Source: the human T2T-CHM13v2.0 reference genome, Homo sapiens
Strand: one strand, 5' to 3'
Length of the DNA: 64,000 bases
Assembly (NCBI RefSeq): GCF_009914755.1
Contig: NC_060928.1
The translations under genes were made by a program, and so were the position numbers. The notes under the pieces were generated by a model that saw only the letters and a program-made list of their open reading frames with translations, did not search any database and was not told the DNA's origin. Of the stretch, positions 1-20,599 are shown one piece after another; position 1 is the stretch's first letter, and each line of letters starts with the position of its first letter.

Positions 1-450
1 TTGTATGCTAATTTTGCTGAGAGTTTTAATCATAAATGGATGCTGGATTTTGTCGAATGCTTTTTCTGCATCTATTGAGATGATCATGTGATTTTCATTT
101 TTAATTCTGTTTATCTGTTTTACGACATTTATTATTTGCAGATGTTAAACCATCTCTGTATCCCTGGTATGAAACCCACTATATCATGGTAGATTAACTT
201 TTTGATATGCTAGTATTTTGTTGAGGAATTTTGCATCTATGTTCATCAGGGGTATTGGTCTGTAGTTTTCTTTTTTGGTTATGTCCTTTCCTGGTTTTGA
301 TATTATGGTGATACTGGCTTCATAGAATGATTTAGGGAGGATACCCTCTTTCTCCATCTTGTGGAATAGTGTCAACAGGATTGGTGCCAATTCTTCTTTG
401 AATATCTGGTAGAATTCAGCTGTGAATCCACCTGGTTCTGGACTTTTATT
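1..450 (-). mobile_element. LINE-1 ORF2 fragment (L1PB/old L1PA-like), runs off the window start
   Basis: Minus ORF 184-390 translates to L1 ORF2 RT-proximal motifs ([42 protein letters not shown]). Confidence 0.9.
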
Positions 451-479
451 TTTCTTGTCCTTGGTTTAGAGGAGGCCAT

Positions 480-6750
<6,271 letters not shown>

Positions 6751-6751
6751 C

Positions 6752-9220
6752 TGGTTTGCTACTATTTTGTTGAGAATTTTTCCATTTATACTCATCAGGA
6801 ATATTAGCCTGTAATTTTGTTTTGTTTTGTTTTGTTATTCTTGTAATGTCTTTGTCTGGATTTGGTATCAGGGTAATGCTATCCTCATAAAATTATTTTG
6901 GAAGTAGTCTTTCCTCTTCAATTTTTTTGCAAGAGTTTGTGAAGTGTTGATGTTAATTCTTCTTTAAATGTTTGGTAGAATTATCCGGTGAAGCCACCAG
7001 GTCCCGGGCTTTGTTTATTGGGAAGATTTTGGTTAATGATTCAATCTCCTTTTGAGTTATAAGAGTTCAGATTTATTGTTTCTTAATGAGTCATACATTG
7101 TAACGTCTGTTTTTTATTTCTGATTTTTTAATTGGGTCTTCTTTCTTTTTTGTTTTTTGCTCTAGCTATAGGTTTTCCAATTTTGTTGATCTTTTAAAAA
7201 AGAAACTTTTAGTTTCAGAGATTATTTCTGTTATTTTTCAACCCTATATTTCACTTATTCTGCCCTAGTCGTCTTATTTCCTTCCCCCTGCTAACTTTCG
7301 GCTTAGTCTGTTCTTAGTTTTCTAGTTTCTTGAAGTCTAAGTTAGATTGTTTGTGTGGAATCTTTCTGCTTTTCAAATGTAAGTTTTTACTGCAATAAAC
7401 TGCCTTCCTAGTATTGCTTTTGCTGCATCCCATTGGCTTTAATATGTTGTGCTTTCATTTGCATTTCTCTGGGGGTATTTTCTAATTTTCCTTTTGATTT
7501 CCTCTTTGACCTGTTGATTATTCAAGAGTTTGTTGTTTAATTTGGACATATTTGTGAATTTCCAGTTCCCTTTTGCTATTGATTTTACTTTCATTCCATC
7601 ATCACACAAATAGATACTTGGTATGATTTCAATCTTCTTAAATTTCATAAAACTTGGTTTGTGACTTAACATGTGCTCTGTTCTGGAGAATATTCTGTGT
7701 GTGCTTGAGAGGGATGTGTATTCTATTGCTGTTGGATGCAATATTCTGTAAATGTGTTAGGTATATTTGGTCTCAAGTGTTGTTCAAGTGCTGTGTTTGC
7801 TTGCTGCTGCTTGGTATGGATGTTCTATTCATTACTGACAGAAGGGTATTGAAATATCCTATTATTAGTAGCTTGCTATCTATCTCTCCCTTCAGTTCTG
7901 TCAATATTTGTTTTGTATAACTAAGTGCTGTTACACTAGATGTGCATATATTTACAATTTTTATATCTTCCTGGTGAACTGACACTTTTATCATGATATA
8001 ATGGCATTCTTTGCCTCTTTTGACAAGTTTTAACCTAAAATCTCTTTTTTTCTGATATAACTGCCCTGCTTTCTTTTGGTTACCATTTGCATGGGTCATC
8101 TTTCTCAGTTTTTTTTTTTTTTTTAAATTTCAGCCTATCTAAAGTGAGTCTCTTGTATATTGTATACTACATATATTGGATCTTCTTGGTTTTTGTTTTG
8201 TTTTGTTTTGTTTTTAAATCTATTTGGCCACTGTAGTCTTTTGATTGAGAGGCTTTTATCCATTTAAATTTAGAGTAATACTGATAGTCTATTAGTCTGT
8301 TCTCACACTACTAGAAAGAACTACCAGAGACTGGGTAAGAAAAGAGGTTTAGCTGACTCACAGTTCCAGAGGCTTAACAGGAAGCATGACTGAGAGGCCT
8401 TGGGAAACTTACAAACATGGCGGGAGGCAAAGGGGAAGCAAGCACATCTTACCATGGTAGAGTAAGAGAGAGAGAACACAAAGGGGGAATTGCCACACAC
8501 TTTTAAACCATCAGATCGTGTGAGAACTCACTCTCCATCATGAGAACAACAAGATGGAAATCTGCCCCCATGATCCAGTCACCTTCCACAAGGCCCCTCA
8601 TCCAATTTGACATGAGATTTGGGCAGGGACACAAATCTAAACCATATCAGATAGGAAATCATTTATTTTGCTGTTTATCGTTTTTTTTTTTTCAGTGATA
8701 TGCCTTTATTTATTTCTCATTTTCTTTTGTGTGTCTTTCATAGATTTTTTTTTTGTAGTGACCGTGGGGCTTACAGAAAACAACTCCTAGTTATAATAAC
8801 TTACTTTAAGCTGAGAAAAATTAACTTCAACTGCATACAAAAACTCTGAACTTTTACTTCTCCCCTCACACTTTATGTTATTGAGGTCACAAATTGCAAC
8901 TTTTTATATTATATGTTTCTTAACATTTTTTATATTTATGTTTATTTTTTATACTTTTGGTTTTAACTTCTACGAAAAACGTAAGTGATTACTCATGACC
9001 ATTACAGTATTATAGTATTGTGTATTTGTCTACAAATTTATCTTTACCAAGAAGTTTTATACTTTCATATATTTTCATGTTGAAGTTTATTTTTTGTTTC
9101 AACTTGAAAGATGCTTTTTAGTATTTCTTTCAAGACAGGTCTACAGTTGATAAACTCCCTCAGCTTTTGTTTATTCTAAGAATTCTTTATATAGTCTTCA
9201 TTTTTGAAGGACCTCTTTAA
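6752..9220 (-). mobile_element. Separate old LINE-1 (L1MA-like): ORF2 5' half/endonuclease to ORF1 3' end, interrupted by a MaLR LTR
   Basis: Minus ORFs 7439-7741 and 7773-8099 give L1 endonuclease motifs (HANGNQKKAG, HYIMIK.S.HQEDI.IVNI, SS.H..FSR.EHML.HK). Confidence 0.85.
8288..8649 (-). mobile_element. MaLR solo LTR (MSTA/THE1D-like)
   Basis: Termini T(C)TATTAGTC...AACCATATCA match the MST LTR in reverse; perfect 5-bp TSD GATAG (8283-8287 / 8650-8654). Confidence 0.9.
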
Positions 9221-9587
9221 GTCTTGATCATATACATAGATCTTCTATAGTACTTTTTAGAAATACTTATCTCTTTAGCTACCAACATACGGTAACCACA
9301 GACCTGATTTCTTTTTTATGTTTCCAATTTTCTAATGCTGTGCTGTATAGCACTGCTGCATTTCATAATATATTGTCTATTTAAATCAATTTATTATTAC
9401 AGTGATTCCATCTTAATAGTTAAATAAATACATCACTTATTTTTATATAATATTATATTCAATTAAATAAGCAACTAAGCTCTCTTCTAATTTTTTTCTC
9501 CCAGTCTGACCCATTATGGGTCCAATTCTTCATAGAGATTATAACTAGAGGATTTTATAGCATGTTGAAGTAGACTTTAGAAGAGAG

Positions 9588-9690
9588 TAGCCTGATAAAA
9601 TACAGAACACGTTTATACCAACAAATTCTTGGTTGATCTGAAATTTAAATTTAACTTGCTACTCTATTTTTATTGCCAAATACGGCGGTT
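9588..9690. mobile_element. MER53-like hAT MITE remnant
   Basis: ATAAAATACAG...ATCTGAAATTTAAATTTAACT...TTTTTATTGCCAAAT resembles the recalled MER53 termini. Confidence 0.45.
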
Positions 9691-10006
9691 TTACTTTTGG
9701 AAAGCTCCTGACATTAGCTCACCCCATGGGAATTAAGAGAAACAAGCACTAAAATCAACTCAGATATTTTTTTATGGTGATGTGAGATACTCCCACTAGA
9801 ATCAAATCAGAGGATAAAATAAGATTTATAACAAAACAGGCACCATTGAAAACTTGCAATATGCCAGACACAATGCTTAGCTTTTAACATGCATTTCAGT
9901 ACATAATTCTTCCAACTACTCTGCCTTAAGGATAGGAAAATCAAGGCTTAAAGAGGACGATTTGCCAACAGCTACATCTCTAAGAAGTGAGACAACCAAG
10001 ATTCTA

Positions 10007-10310
<304 letters not shown>

Positions 10311-12945
10311 GAAGTGAGACAGCAAAGATTCTAAACCAAGCTGACACTACTAAGAGCCTATGGGCTTATCAAAGTGCTATGCTGGAGAGATAAAAGTTCA
10401 ATGTCCCTGAGAGCTTCTTAGGTATAAATACAGATTCATTATACCCCAGGGTCAATCAGAATGTGATGTTTATGATACTTTCCTTCAACCTTCATTTAAA
10501 ACATTTAATAGACATTTCTTTGTCAGATACTGTTCTCCAAACAAAATATAAAATGGTTAGCAAGATCTACTCAATTCCTACTCTCTCAAGTATAAAACAA
10601 AATGCATAATATTCTGGGAGAAAAATATAGCAGCAATTGTGGATCAAATAAATAAATAATAAAAATTCCTTTTAACAGATGAGCACATACCTTAGTGTTG
10701 TTTAGAAGACAAGAAATATAAATTTATACATCTCAAAAAGCTGCCATACACGTATTAACAAAATGAGTTTCCTGGTTATGACTTTTCTTGAATATTAAAA
10801 ATGAAAAATTTTCCACTGTACACATAACAATAGTTTGTTTCCTAATGTGTGGTGGCTTACTTCGTGATCTAAGGTAACTCACCATTTAGAGTTTATGTGC
10901 ATATGTGAATAAATCAAAACTGATTATTCAAATTATTAGAATAGACCAGGATAACAAATTAGAACATAGTTAGTATGTATTTTAATTGCTCAACAAATAT
11001 GCATATTTTATAATATATGAAAAATTAATTTCTAAATAATTTAAATTTTCTCAGGACAGATGTAATTCTTTTAGCACCTACAAGTAGGATGATTATATCA
11101 TTTATCACCCAAATTAGGAAACTTCTCAGAGTAAAAGGAGGATCTATTATTATTATGTTTGTTCAACAGGCATAACCAGGATTGTCACAGACAAGCCACA
11201 CTTGTAATCCATTCATCTCCATCTCACAGACTTCAAAGAAGACCTCAGTGTTTGGCTATAATTAGTGCTAGTGAATTTTTCTTGGTGGGGAAACAAGAGA
11301 TCATGGTACCAAATGTATTATATCAGGATTTGTCATGGCAGGCTTCTGGTGCCATTGGCAGTGATCAGAGCTAAAAATACAGCAAAAGTGGAAATCCTTC
11401 CTCACAGTAATAAACATTTATCCTTTCCAGTGAAGACAGAAACAAAATGCATCAACTAGTTAAAAAGATGAGATAAAGAAGGTGAAAAATAGTCATTGTT
11501 GCATAGTTACTAATAAAATATGTAAAACTTGTCATCTGTTATTACTGCTTATCTCATTCTTTTTATCTGCACATTTATTTGTGCAGTATTTTAATAACTG
11601 AAAATCCCTCAGTTGAAAATGTTCTCATATTGCCAATAGCTGCTTATTACTAGCCTCTCTCTTGGTCTTCTTTGTGTTTAATGTTATCAACTTGATTCAA
11701 TTTTTATCTTATTTATAAGGAGATTGGTTGCCAGACAGTAATGACTATTACCACTAGAACTCATATCTAGACTGTGTCTTCAGTGACACATTGACACACT
11801 GTCTTGTAAATAATGCAGAGAATCATGCTTTATTTATCTATCTTTGTGTTTGCCTTCCTCCTCGTTTAGTAAGAGTTCTACAGAAAATTATTATTTGTTT
11901 CTGATACATAAACCTAAAAGCATGCACAAATATTCTAAGAGTTAACTTTAAAATTTAAAGAACAATACCCATAAGCAAGTATGCCCACATGCTAATTTGC
12001 AAATACAGCCATTCTTTAAACAAAATAAAATCAAGTTGTATTTGATAACACTTGTTCCATTCTAGCTCAGCAAATTAATAAACCCAAGGGATAGTAAGAA
12101 TGATTGTTGGGTAAGTAAAGAAGCTTTTATCTGCTTTACAATCTGCTTATTAATAGACTTTTACATGAGTATTGGGAGGAACAGGATAGAGTAAAAGCCA
12201 TATAAAAGGAAAGAAAGGTTTAAAAGTTAGGCTCACTGTAAACTACATTAGTTGGCATTTAACTGTTCATATTTTATTTTCTAAACAATACTAACTTCAG
12301 GATCATTAGCTATTTCTATACCTGTACACATTTAAAAGCTATTGGGTTTTCTGCATTATTCCCCCCCGCCCCCACCACGAGCAATAGTCAGTGTGCAAAC
12401 TTTCTTTAACATTTCAACGAACACATTGGGAATTTGTGTGGATTCTAGAGGCATATTGATCAGGTTGAACTTTGGAATAAGACACAAGTAGGAAAAGCAA
12501 GCCTCATTTAAATGAAATCTCTTTCCAAGACACTGAAAGTGTTTTAGAACTTAGACGAATCAATGAGACTTCACAGTGTTTCTGTAAGGTGAGTAGACAT
12601 TATTAATAATGTTACAGCAATGGAAAAATAGAGATGGGGATTAAGGGGCAATACAGGCCAGTAAAATAAAGTAGGTAATGAAAATATCATACAAAGATCC
12701 AAGAACCATAGCTACAGCTAAACAGCTGTTTACTATATTTAAAATTCTAGCATTACTTATAAGAAATAGCATAATAATTCTGCATGAAAAATTATAGGTG
12801 GCTTAATAAATGTTCAGGTTTCCTGCTAAAACAAATGTTTTTCTGCTGTCATATTTAAGAAAAATATTAATCTATTTTAAATCTTCAAATATGAACCAGA
12901 AGTGTTGAATGAAAACCACCACATTTTAAAATATCAGGTGTATTT

Positions 12946-13200
12946 CTGAGATGGGAGGACTGCTTTAGGCCAGGAGTTTGAGGCTAGCCTGAGCAACATA
13001 GCAAGACTCCATCTCTACAAATTAAAGAAATTAGCTGGGCATGATGGAACCTGTAGTTTCAGCTACTTGGGAGACTAAGGCAGGAGGATCACTTGAGTCT
13101 AGGAGTTCAAGGCTGAAGTGAACTATGATTGCTCCACTGCACTCCAGCCTGGGCAACAGAGCGAGACCCCGTTGCTAAAAAAATAAAAATTAAACATTAA
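12946..13200 (+). mobile_element. AluJ, 5'-truncated
   Basis: GGAGGATCACTTGAG..AGGAGTTCAAGGCTG AluJ diagnostics and an A-rich tail. Confidence 0.9.
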
Positions 13201-14876
13201 AAATGAATTTAAAAATAGGTATAGTCCTTCTCTGTAACATCACAGGAACTGCAGTTTTGAAACTCACTTCCCTGTGATTAACAACCACATGGACAACAGG
13301 GAAAGTGAAAATTAAATGGTTAATCAATCAGTAACTAGAGGGTAAAATACTCCAAAGACAGGAAACTTCCTATGGAAAAAGGAGAATTTAAGAGTTTGGT
13401 TCACATAATCCAACTTCTTTTGGTGGATTTTACTAAACCCAATCTGCTTGAGATCTTCTCTGCCATGGGTCTCCTTTCCCATCTCACTGCTGATAACGGC
13501 CCTTTGTTTCAGTTTATAAGAGAAAGGAGGTATCTGTTTCCTACCCATCTCACTATGTTGCATCCCCTAAAGTTATAAAAACCTCCAGATCATCAAATAA
13601 AGAGAAAATTAAATAATAATGTCTGTAAAGCTTCCGTCAAAGAAATATACAACATTTTTACAACCAATTTTATTAGAGAACTCTTTCCAATAATATTGCT
13701 TTTGATTTTTACAGAATTCAAAATATTGTGCACTACTAATAACTATTATTGCAATTCAGTCGTGAAAAAGTTTATATAGAGTCTTATCATAAGAAGTAAA
13801 TTATTTTAAAATTTCAAAATATATACGTTATTTTTGTTGCAGAGAACTCTATAGATGGTCAATACAACTTTCAATGATAAAAATAAACAGTATATTAATA
13901 CAAAAGTCTAGGGAAGTAGAATGCAAATTATGACTTCGAGTGGACAAAGGGCCAAGTAAATTTTCCAGCTGCTAAGGAAGAGATTTCATGTATTTTTAAT
14001 GTGGATGTTGGTGAATACCAAATTATTGTGATTTTTAGATTCATTCTATGCATTTATTTTTAAAAGCCTGTTAAATGTTGTATTCTTAAAATAGAGTCTG
14101 ATTTCAAGTATATTATAAATATTAAGATTTTACAGCTTTATATTAAAATCTCAATATTTATAATACACTTGAAATCATATGCTCTGTATTTTTAAAATCT
14201 AGTAATAAATTTTAGAGGTCAACTTTAAAGTGTGCAAAGGAAGACATGTATTTTCAAAATTGTATTAGACGACTTCCAAACAAAAACAAAGTTTGAAGAC
14301 CACTACCAGAGCCAACATCTAGTGTAATAGAAGCATATAAACTATTCAGATAATATAAATCCTCAGAGTAGATTCAGGGACTGAACAGTGAGTTTTCCTG
14401 CATCAATTAATACAGCTAGTTAATTGACAGCTTTTCCAGGTGTTCTTTGTTTTACAAGCAAAGGCTGAAAAAATACAGGAAGCACATACGAAAGTCCAAG
14501 CCTCACAATTTAGAGACAAGCCCTGAACTTTCATCTCTAGTTCTTACATGTGAAATTTACCAAATACTGTAATCAATGTGTTTTACATGTGAGTAAATTA
14601 TCTCCTAAGATATTCAATTTATACATTGAAGATCAATTTATTCAGCTATCCAATATTTTAACCATTAATTTTAAGCATGAAAAATGCATAGGGAGTATAT
14701 GCTTTGACAATACAAAAAGCAGTAATACAAAAAAAATTGCTTACTCAAAAGATTTCTCAGGAATCAAAGTAAAATAAACTCTAAAAATTCTTCAAATTTT
14801 CAAAATTGGAGAGGTAGCTTTGCTTTATATATTTAAAGGCCTACCAAAATCGTTATTTGAAAATATGATTTTTTTG

Positions 14877-14968
14877 GGCCAGGCACGGTGGCCCACGCCT
14901 GTAATCTCAGCACTTTGGGAGGCCGAGGTGGGCGGATCACCTGAGGTTGGGACTTTGAGACCAGCCTG
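14877..14968 (+). mobile_element. AluS left-arm fragment, 3'-truncated, no tail
   Basis: GGCCAGGCACGGTGG...GAGACCAGCCTG followed directly by AT-rich unique DNA. Confidence 0.9.
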
Positions 14969-15289
14969 TTTATTTAAATTATTCAGATGTATACTTTTTA
15001 CTTCTAATTTTTAACTGAGACAAATTGAGACTCTTTGATACTTTGTATTAAAATAATAGTATAAACTTAATGTTAAATTTCTTACAAATGTGCATTTTAT
15101 TTAATGTTTGGAATATGTTTATTTTCTATTTAAATATATGTACATTTAGTTTCACTGTAATATTCGATGTCATTCATTCTAAGCCGTTTTTAAAATAATC
15201 ATTCTAGTATTTTCTAATTGTGTGAAATTAATATCAAAATTGCTCTCTGGTTTATTTTGCATCAGCGTTGCCATCATTTGGCTCGACTT

Positions 15290-15640
15290 CCCAGGCACTT
15301 CCTCATCTGCTACCTTTTCTACCTGAGGCTCTTTCTCCCTCATTTCCAACTTGCACCATTTCTTAATCATCTCAGTTATCGTTCTTGTTTCTGGAGTTCC
15401 TTGCTTATTGCCTTCTCCTTTATCTTCTAAAACCTTATCTACCTCTTCTAGTTCTGATGGATTGCCCTCTTCTCTGATGTTCAAAATTAAGTTTAAATTC
15501 TACTCTTCAGCACGTGGAAAGCAAGACCCCTGAGGGCGCAGGTTTTAGTCAACTTTCATTCAGTGCCGCTTCTACAGAGTTGAACACTTTCCGGTACATT
15601 AAATGCTCTCGGTAAGTATTTCTTGAAGAAATAAATGGAA
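15290..15640 (+). mobile_element. L2 3' end remnant
   Basis: Pyrimidine-rich body followed by an L2-tail-like CCCTGAGGGC...GTACATTAAATGCTC...TATTTCTTGAAGAAATAAATG. Confidence 0.5.
15511..15611 (+). ncRNA. Candidate 101-nt internal lncRNA exon (L2-derived)
   Basis: Acceptor TTCTACTCTTCAG| at 15510 and donor TCG|GTAAGT at 15611/15612. Splice signals only, no transcript data. Confidence 0.35.
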
Positions 15641-16750
15641 CTGACAATAAGTTCTCCTGCTAATGTGATAAGTATTTCAAGCTTCTTTCGTTTACTTCTC
15701 CAAATATGTCACAAATTCCTCTGAATGCATGCCAACAGTTAACAAGTTTGGATCTGCAAGCCTGGCTCTTTTTCCTCTAAGCTCTAGTCCTGCAAATTGA
15801 GCAAACTACCTTCAATGAATGGAATACTCTGAGTCAAGGCACCCTGATGACAAGTTAAGCTTCACATAAGTATGAATAAATTGAGAGAGTAGCACTCTAC
15901 TTATGCTTAATATCCTCTAAAGCAATGTTGTAAATATTAGTGATATGTACATTAAAATATTAATACAAATATGATCTGGAGAATATATTTTAAGAAATTT
16001 ATTTGCCTACATAAACTTTGTAATAAGTCTCAAAAGCTTTTACACAATATGTAACTTAAACTAGATGTTAACAAAGTATTATACTTTTGCACCTATAACT
16101 AGGTTCCAAGCCCTATTTACATGAATGCTTCTTAGAAACAGTAACCCTTTGACTTTCAGCTCTGATTTTAAGCCCTTCTATTCTGTGCTGTATCCTGTAG
16201 CTGCAGAGAGGCCAAGCATACATTACCAGCCGGCTTTTGTCTTCTCTTCTCTTCAGTCATCAGAAGCGTTTAATTACCAGCTTTCTCTAATTATTCCACT
16301 TCATTGTACTTGCCCTGCTAATTCCTTGCACCTTGAATCTTCACATCTTCACACTGGAGGGTTTTTCTTCTCAAATTATGATTTTATTTTCTCAAAATAC
16401 AAAATAAGTGCATGCTCTGTTATTTGTTTTAATTTGACCTCCTTTTAGGAAAAAGTGGAAAAAGATGAAAAAACAGCAATTTCAAAAGTGATTTTCCTAC
16501 ATGTAGAAAATTATCAAGTGGATTTCCTTTAAATCCTAAAAAAATCTTTTTAATAGACAAATTTTATTCCTCTACATGCAACATCATATTCCAACACTTT
16601 CTTTCTTGTCTCTGAAGCTTAGACCTATAAAAAATTTTACTTTGAAAATAATTACATAAAATATTAAAGATTACTTACAGGCTAACCTAAGTACCTCAAC
16701 AACTTTTATTTTTTATCTTGTTTTTTCCTCCCAGCTTTGTTAAAGAAGCC

Positions 16751-16790
16751 AAAACAAAACAAAACAAACAAACAAACAAACAAACAAAAC
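16751..16790. repeat. (CAAAA)n/(CAAA)n microsatellite
   Basis: Read directly from the sequence. Confidence 0.9.
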
Positions 16791-18580
16791 TAATGTGTTT
16801 GGAACCAGGACTTCATTTGCTACTCTGCTGTATCACAATTTTACTATTACATTGTGTCCTTACTTTGCACTATTGGACAATATGCCATCAAAAATAACTG
16901 ATTTATTGATTGAATATCTAAGAAGCATAAAGATGATATAAATTTTTATATAGAATGACCTATCATAATATCCTTTTTCCATTTGGAGTTACAAAACCAA
17001 GTATATGATTTCTTTTGAGGATTTGAAGTACTTTTATCCCATATGCATAATATATAAAAGTTAATTTTGCAAATTTTTGCTTCATAATAATTAGTCATTA
17101 TGTATCTAAATGATAGCTAGAAATATGTAGAAATTTTAGTGATGATGATTATTTTTTACTTCTCTCTCCCTTCTTCTCTCTCTCTCTCTAACTCTCTGTC
17201 TCTGTCATCAAAGCCAAAGTATATCAGTTTTGACATGGCAGCTGTCCGGAGGGATTTGCTCCCAATCATTTTGATCTAACGTTCTTTGTCTATGTGATGA
17301 CAAAGCAATAGCATGTTTTTCATCAAAGGCAGGAAATGCATTATTCTTTCTTTGATCTCTAAAAAGGATTTTGGGGTAGAAAGGTGAGAAGACAGACCTT
17401 AAAACATTTCTTAATGCTCTTATCTAAAACTACACCACTTTAATGAGAAAAGTTAAATGTTTCTGAAAGCACAATTCCAAAACGAATAGGTCCTGATTTT
17501 TAAATTAATTTTTAAATCTTTAAATTAAAAAAAAACACAATTTCTCCCCTTTTAGATGGGTATGTATCTCTACACCCCAAACTGGGGATCCTTTACTCAC
17601 TTTGACATCTGATACTGTATTTTCAGCTTGAAAATAAATGAGATCCTTGAAACTCACTACTATCTCTTAAAAGGTGATACCTTATGTGTCCTTTTCTTCT
17701 GTCTTTCCTCTCACTTAGTTTGAAGCCCTGGTTGAACTAGGGATTGTCTGTTCCATTGCCTTCTTGTCTGTTCCATGTCACCTTCAGTTTTCACCATTGC
17801 ACTCATTTCTTCAGTTAGCTGACTTGAGTTTAGACCACATTTTGCCTTGTACCCAATTAATTTCTTTTTCTTTTTCTTTTTCTTGCCGTGTGTATATGTG
17901 GGTGAATGTGTGAGCTTGTGTCTGTGGGTATATCCCTTACCTGGTGAATTCTCACTCTACTTCTCAACTCAGTTTTAAACACTTAAGGTTAGGTGCAACT
18001 TTTACTCTATATGTCAAGGAGAAGTTTTGAAAACCACAAAAAAGTTTTAATTCTATAATTCGTTTAATATTTATGTTGTGCAATACACTACAGAAGCCAT
18101 TATGAAATGGATCATGTATTTCTGGGCAAAACAGTTCCTTCAGGAAAACATGACTTACAAGATGAAACTATAATGCCAGGCAATGGATAGAAAGCATCAT
18201 ATGTGTTCTATAAAGTACCAAGGGGGGTTAGATGAGGAGTAAATATTTTTTTAAATCTTTAAGATAACGAGTAGATCAACAGGTAAGAGAAATATGATGA
18301 ACAACCTGAAGAGAAGTGAGAGTTTTAAAAATAGGGAGTATTTTTAAATAGCTAAATATATTGCATCTATATGTATAGTATAGCTAATGAGTTAAGTTGA
18401 GCAGGTCATGATGTTCCTTGATTGCCAAGCAAAGACTTATAAAGTTGATTAGGCTAGCAAAAGGGAGCTTTATGGTGATGAAAATTGTCACTTATTCAGT
18501 TTAGCACTTTGAGGCTTTTGATTTCAGAGTATAAGCGTATGAAGAGCAAAAATATTAGAGGCTAAGAAACCAGATACAAG

Positions 18581-19319
18581 TGTTACTGGCAGTGAATCCA
18601 TATGGATCTGCAGCAACCTCAATTCTTGTATCCTCAGAAGAATTCAACCAAGGAGAATAAGGCAGAGAGAGAGAGAGAGAGAGAGAGACCAAGGCAAGTT
18701 TTAGAGGAGGAGTGAAAGTTTATTAAAAAGTTTTAGATAGAGCAGGAATGAAATGAAGTAAGTACATTTGGAAGAAAGCCAAGCCAGCGACTTGAGAGAT
18801 CAAGTGCACTTTTTGACTTTGACTTGGGGTTGTATACGTCAGCATGCTTCCGGGGGGTTGAGTCCCTTTGCCCTGATTCTTCCCTTGGGATCAGTTCTCT
18901 GAATGTGCAGTGGCCTGCCAGCACTTGGGAAGGGCTGCATGCACAGCGTTTTCTGAGTCTGTACACATGCTTACTTGAGGCGTTTTTCTTTGACCAATAG
19001 AATGCCCCTAGAAGGTCATATACCATTTGAACTCTGCCATTTTTGCCTCTTAGTGCACATGCATGCGCCCACTTTCCCAGCTCCTGAGATCTTATTGGGA
19101 AGCTGCTGACCACCAGTTTCAGTTACATGTTGCTGTTTATTGAGAGACCGCCTTTCCCTGGCTCTGGCTGCAAACAGTTATTATTTCAGAGAGACAGTTA
19201 ACAACCACCTGAGCATCACCTGATGGCTGTCTGCCACTCGTGTCCTGTTGTGTGTGTTGGGGGGTGGTGGGGAGCCCTGTCTTGCTCTGTTCATGTCTGA
19301 CTGGCTACCTACAGTGAAA
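18581..19319 (-). mobile_element. ERV1 solo LTR (MER50-like) with internal (GA)n
   Basis: Ends TGTTACTGGCAGTGAATCCATATGGATCTGCAGCAACCTCAATTCTTG and CATGTCTGACTGGCTACCTAC match recalled MER50 termini in reverse; about 740 bp. Confidence 0.75.
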
Positions 19320-19527
19320 AAAGAATGTCATGATAATCTATGCAGGATATGACAACAGCCTGATCCATGGTAGAAAGAAGATGTAAAAAAGGCCTGAGAA
19401 ATATTTCAAAGTAAATATCAAAAGAACAACAGGTGGAAAATAAGAAAAATTATGCCTTTGGAATTCTGAGTCTGAAAACTAGGATAATGGTGGACCCATG
19501 AATAGAATTTAAGAAAAGAACAAGTAA

Positions 19528-19889
<362 letters not shown>

Positions 19890-19909
19890 AGGTGTTAGAA
19901 TTTATACTA

Positions 19910-20320
19910 ATTTTTTTCAGAACCTCCTTCTGAGGGTAGAGACACTTCCAAGCCAGGTGAAAGTGGGGTTTGACTTTGTGACTTGCTTTGGCAATAGATT
20001 GTGGGTGGAAAATACCAAGAGAAAGTTCTCAGATAAGGCCTTCACAGGCGTCATGTGCTGCTCATGCATGCTGCAGTGCTCCTGTGATCACCATGAGAAG
20101 AGCGTGCCCTTTTAGCATGGTCTGATACCCTTTTACAATGGTCTCTAAATTCAGGCGTATGAAGCAGAGTGGAGGAAATCTAAATCTTCCAAACTGAAAT
20201 GTAAATGTAAGAGAGCTATCCAAGCTCATCTGCAGACCAATAAGCAAGAAAAAGAAGTGCTTCTTTTAGTAAGTCCTTGTTTTAAGGTAATTAGTCATAC
20301 TGCATTATTGAAGAAATTGA
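19910..20320 (+). mobile_element. Old MaLR LTR (MLT1H/I/J-like)
   Basis: TGTGACTTGCTTTGGCAATAG and CCATGAGAAGAGC motifs, ending in a degenerate MLT1 3' end. Confidence 0.6.
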
Positions 20321-20599
20321 TAAATGAGTTCATACTGAATTTGAAGGTTTCAGATGGAAATATATTGAAAATAATTAAAAGGTTAAAAGAGAGTTATGTC
20401 CTTGAGCTTACAGATTTCAGAGTCATGCTCATAAAATTTATGGTTAAAGAGGAGACAGTAAAAATCAATAAAATAAAAGGCTGACAATTGAATCATTACT
20501 ATTAATAGGACTAAGAAAATGTAGTCAGTAAAGAAGAAAAAGAGAAAAAATACTTTTGCAGCATTCCCCAGTGGCAAACAGAAGTTCTATTGAGATATG

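Noticed and set aside
15179-15484. 101-aa acidic, protein-looking minus-strand ORF
   Set aside because: It is the antisense reading of a pyrimidine-rich L2-like remnant, which yields E/K-rich peptides; no recognisable domain.
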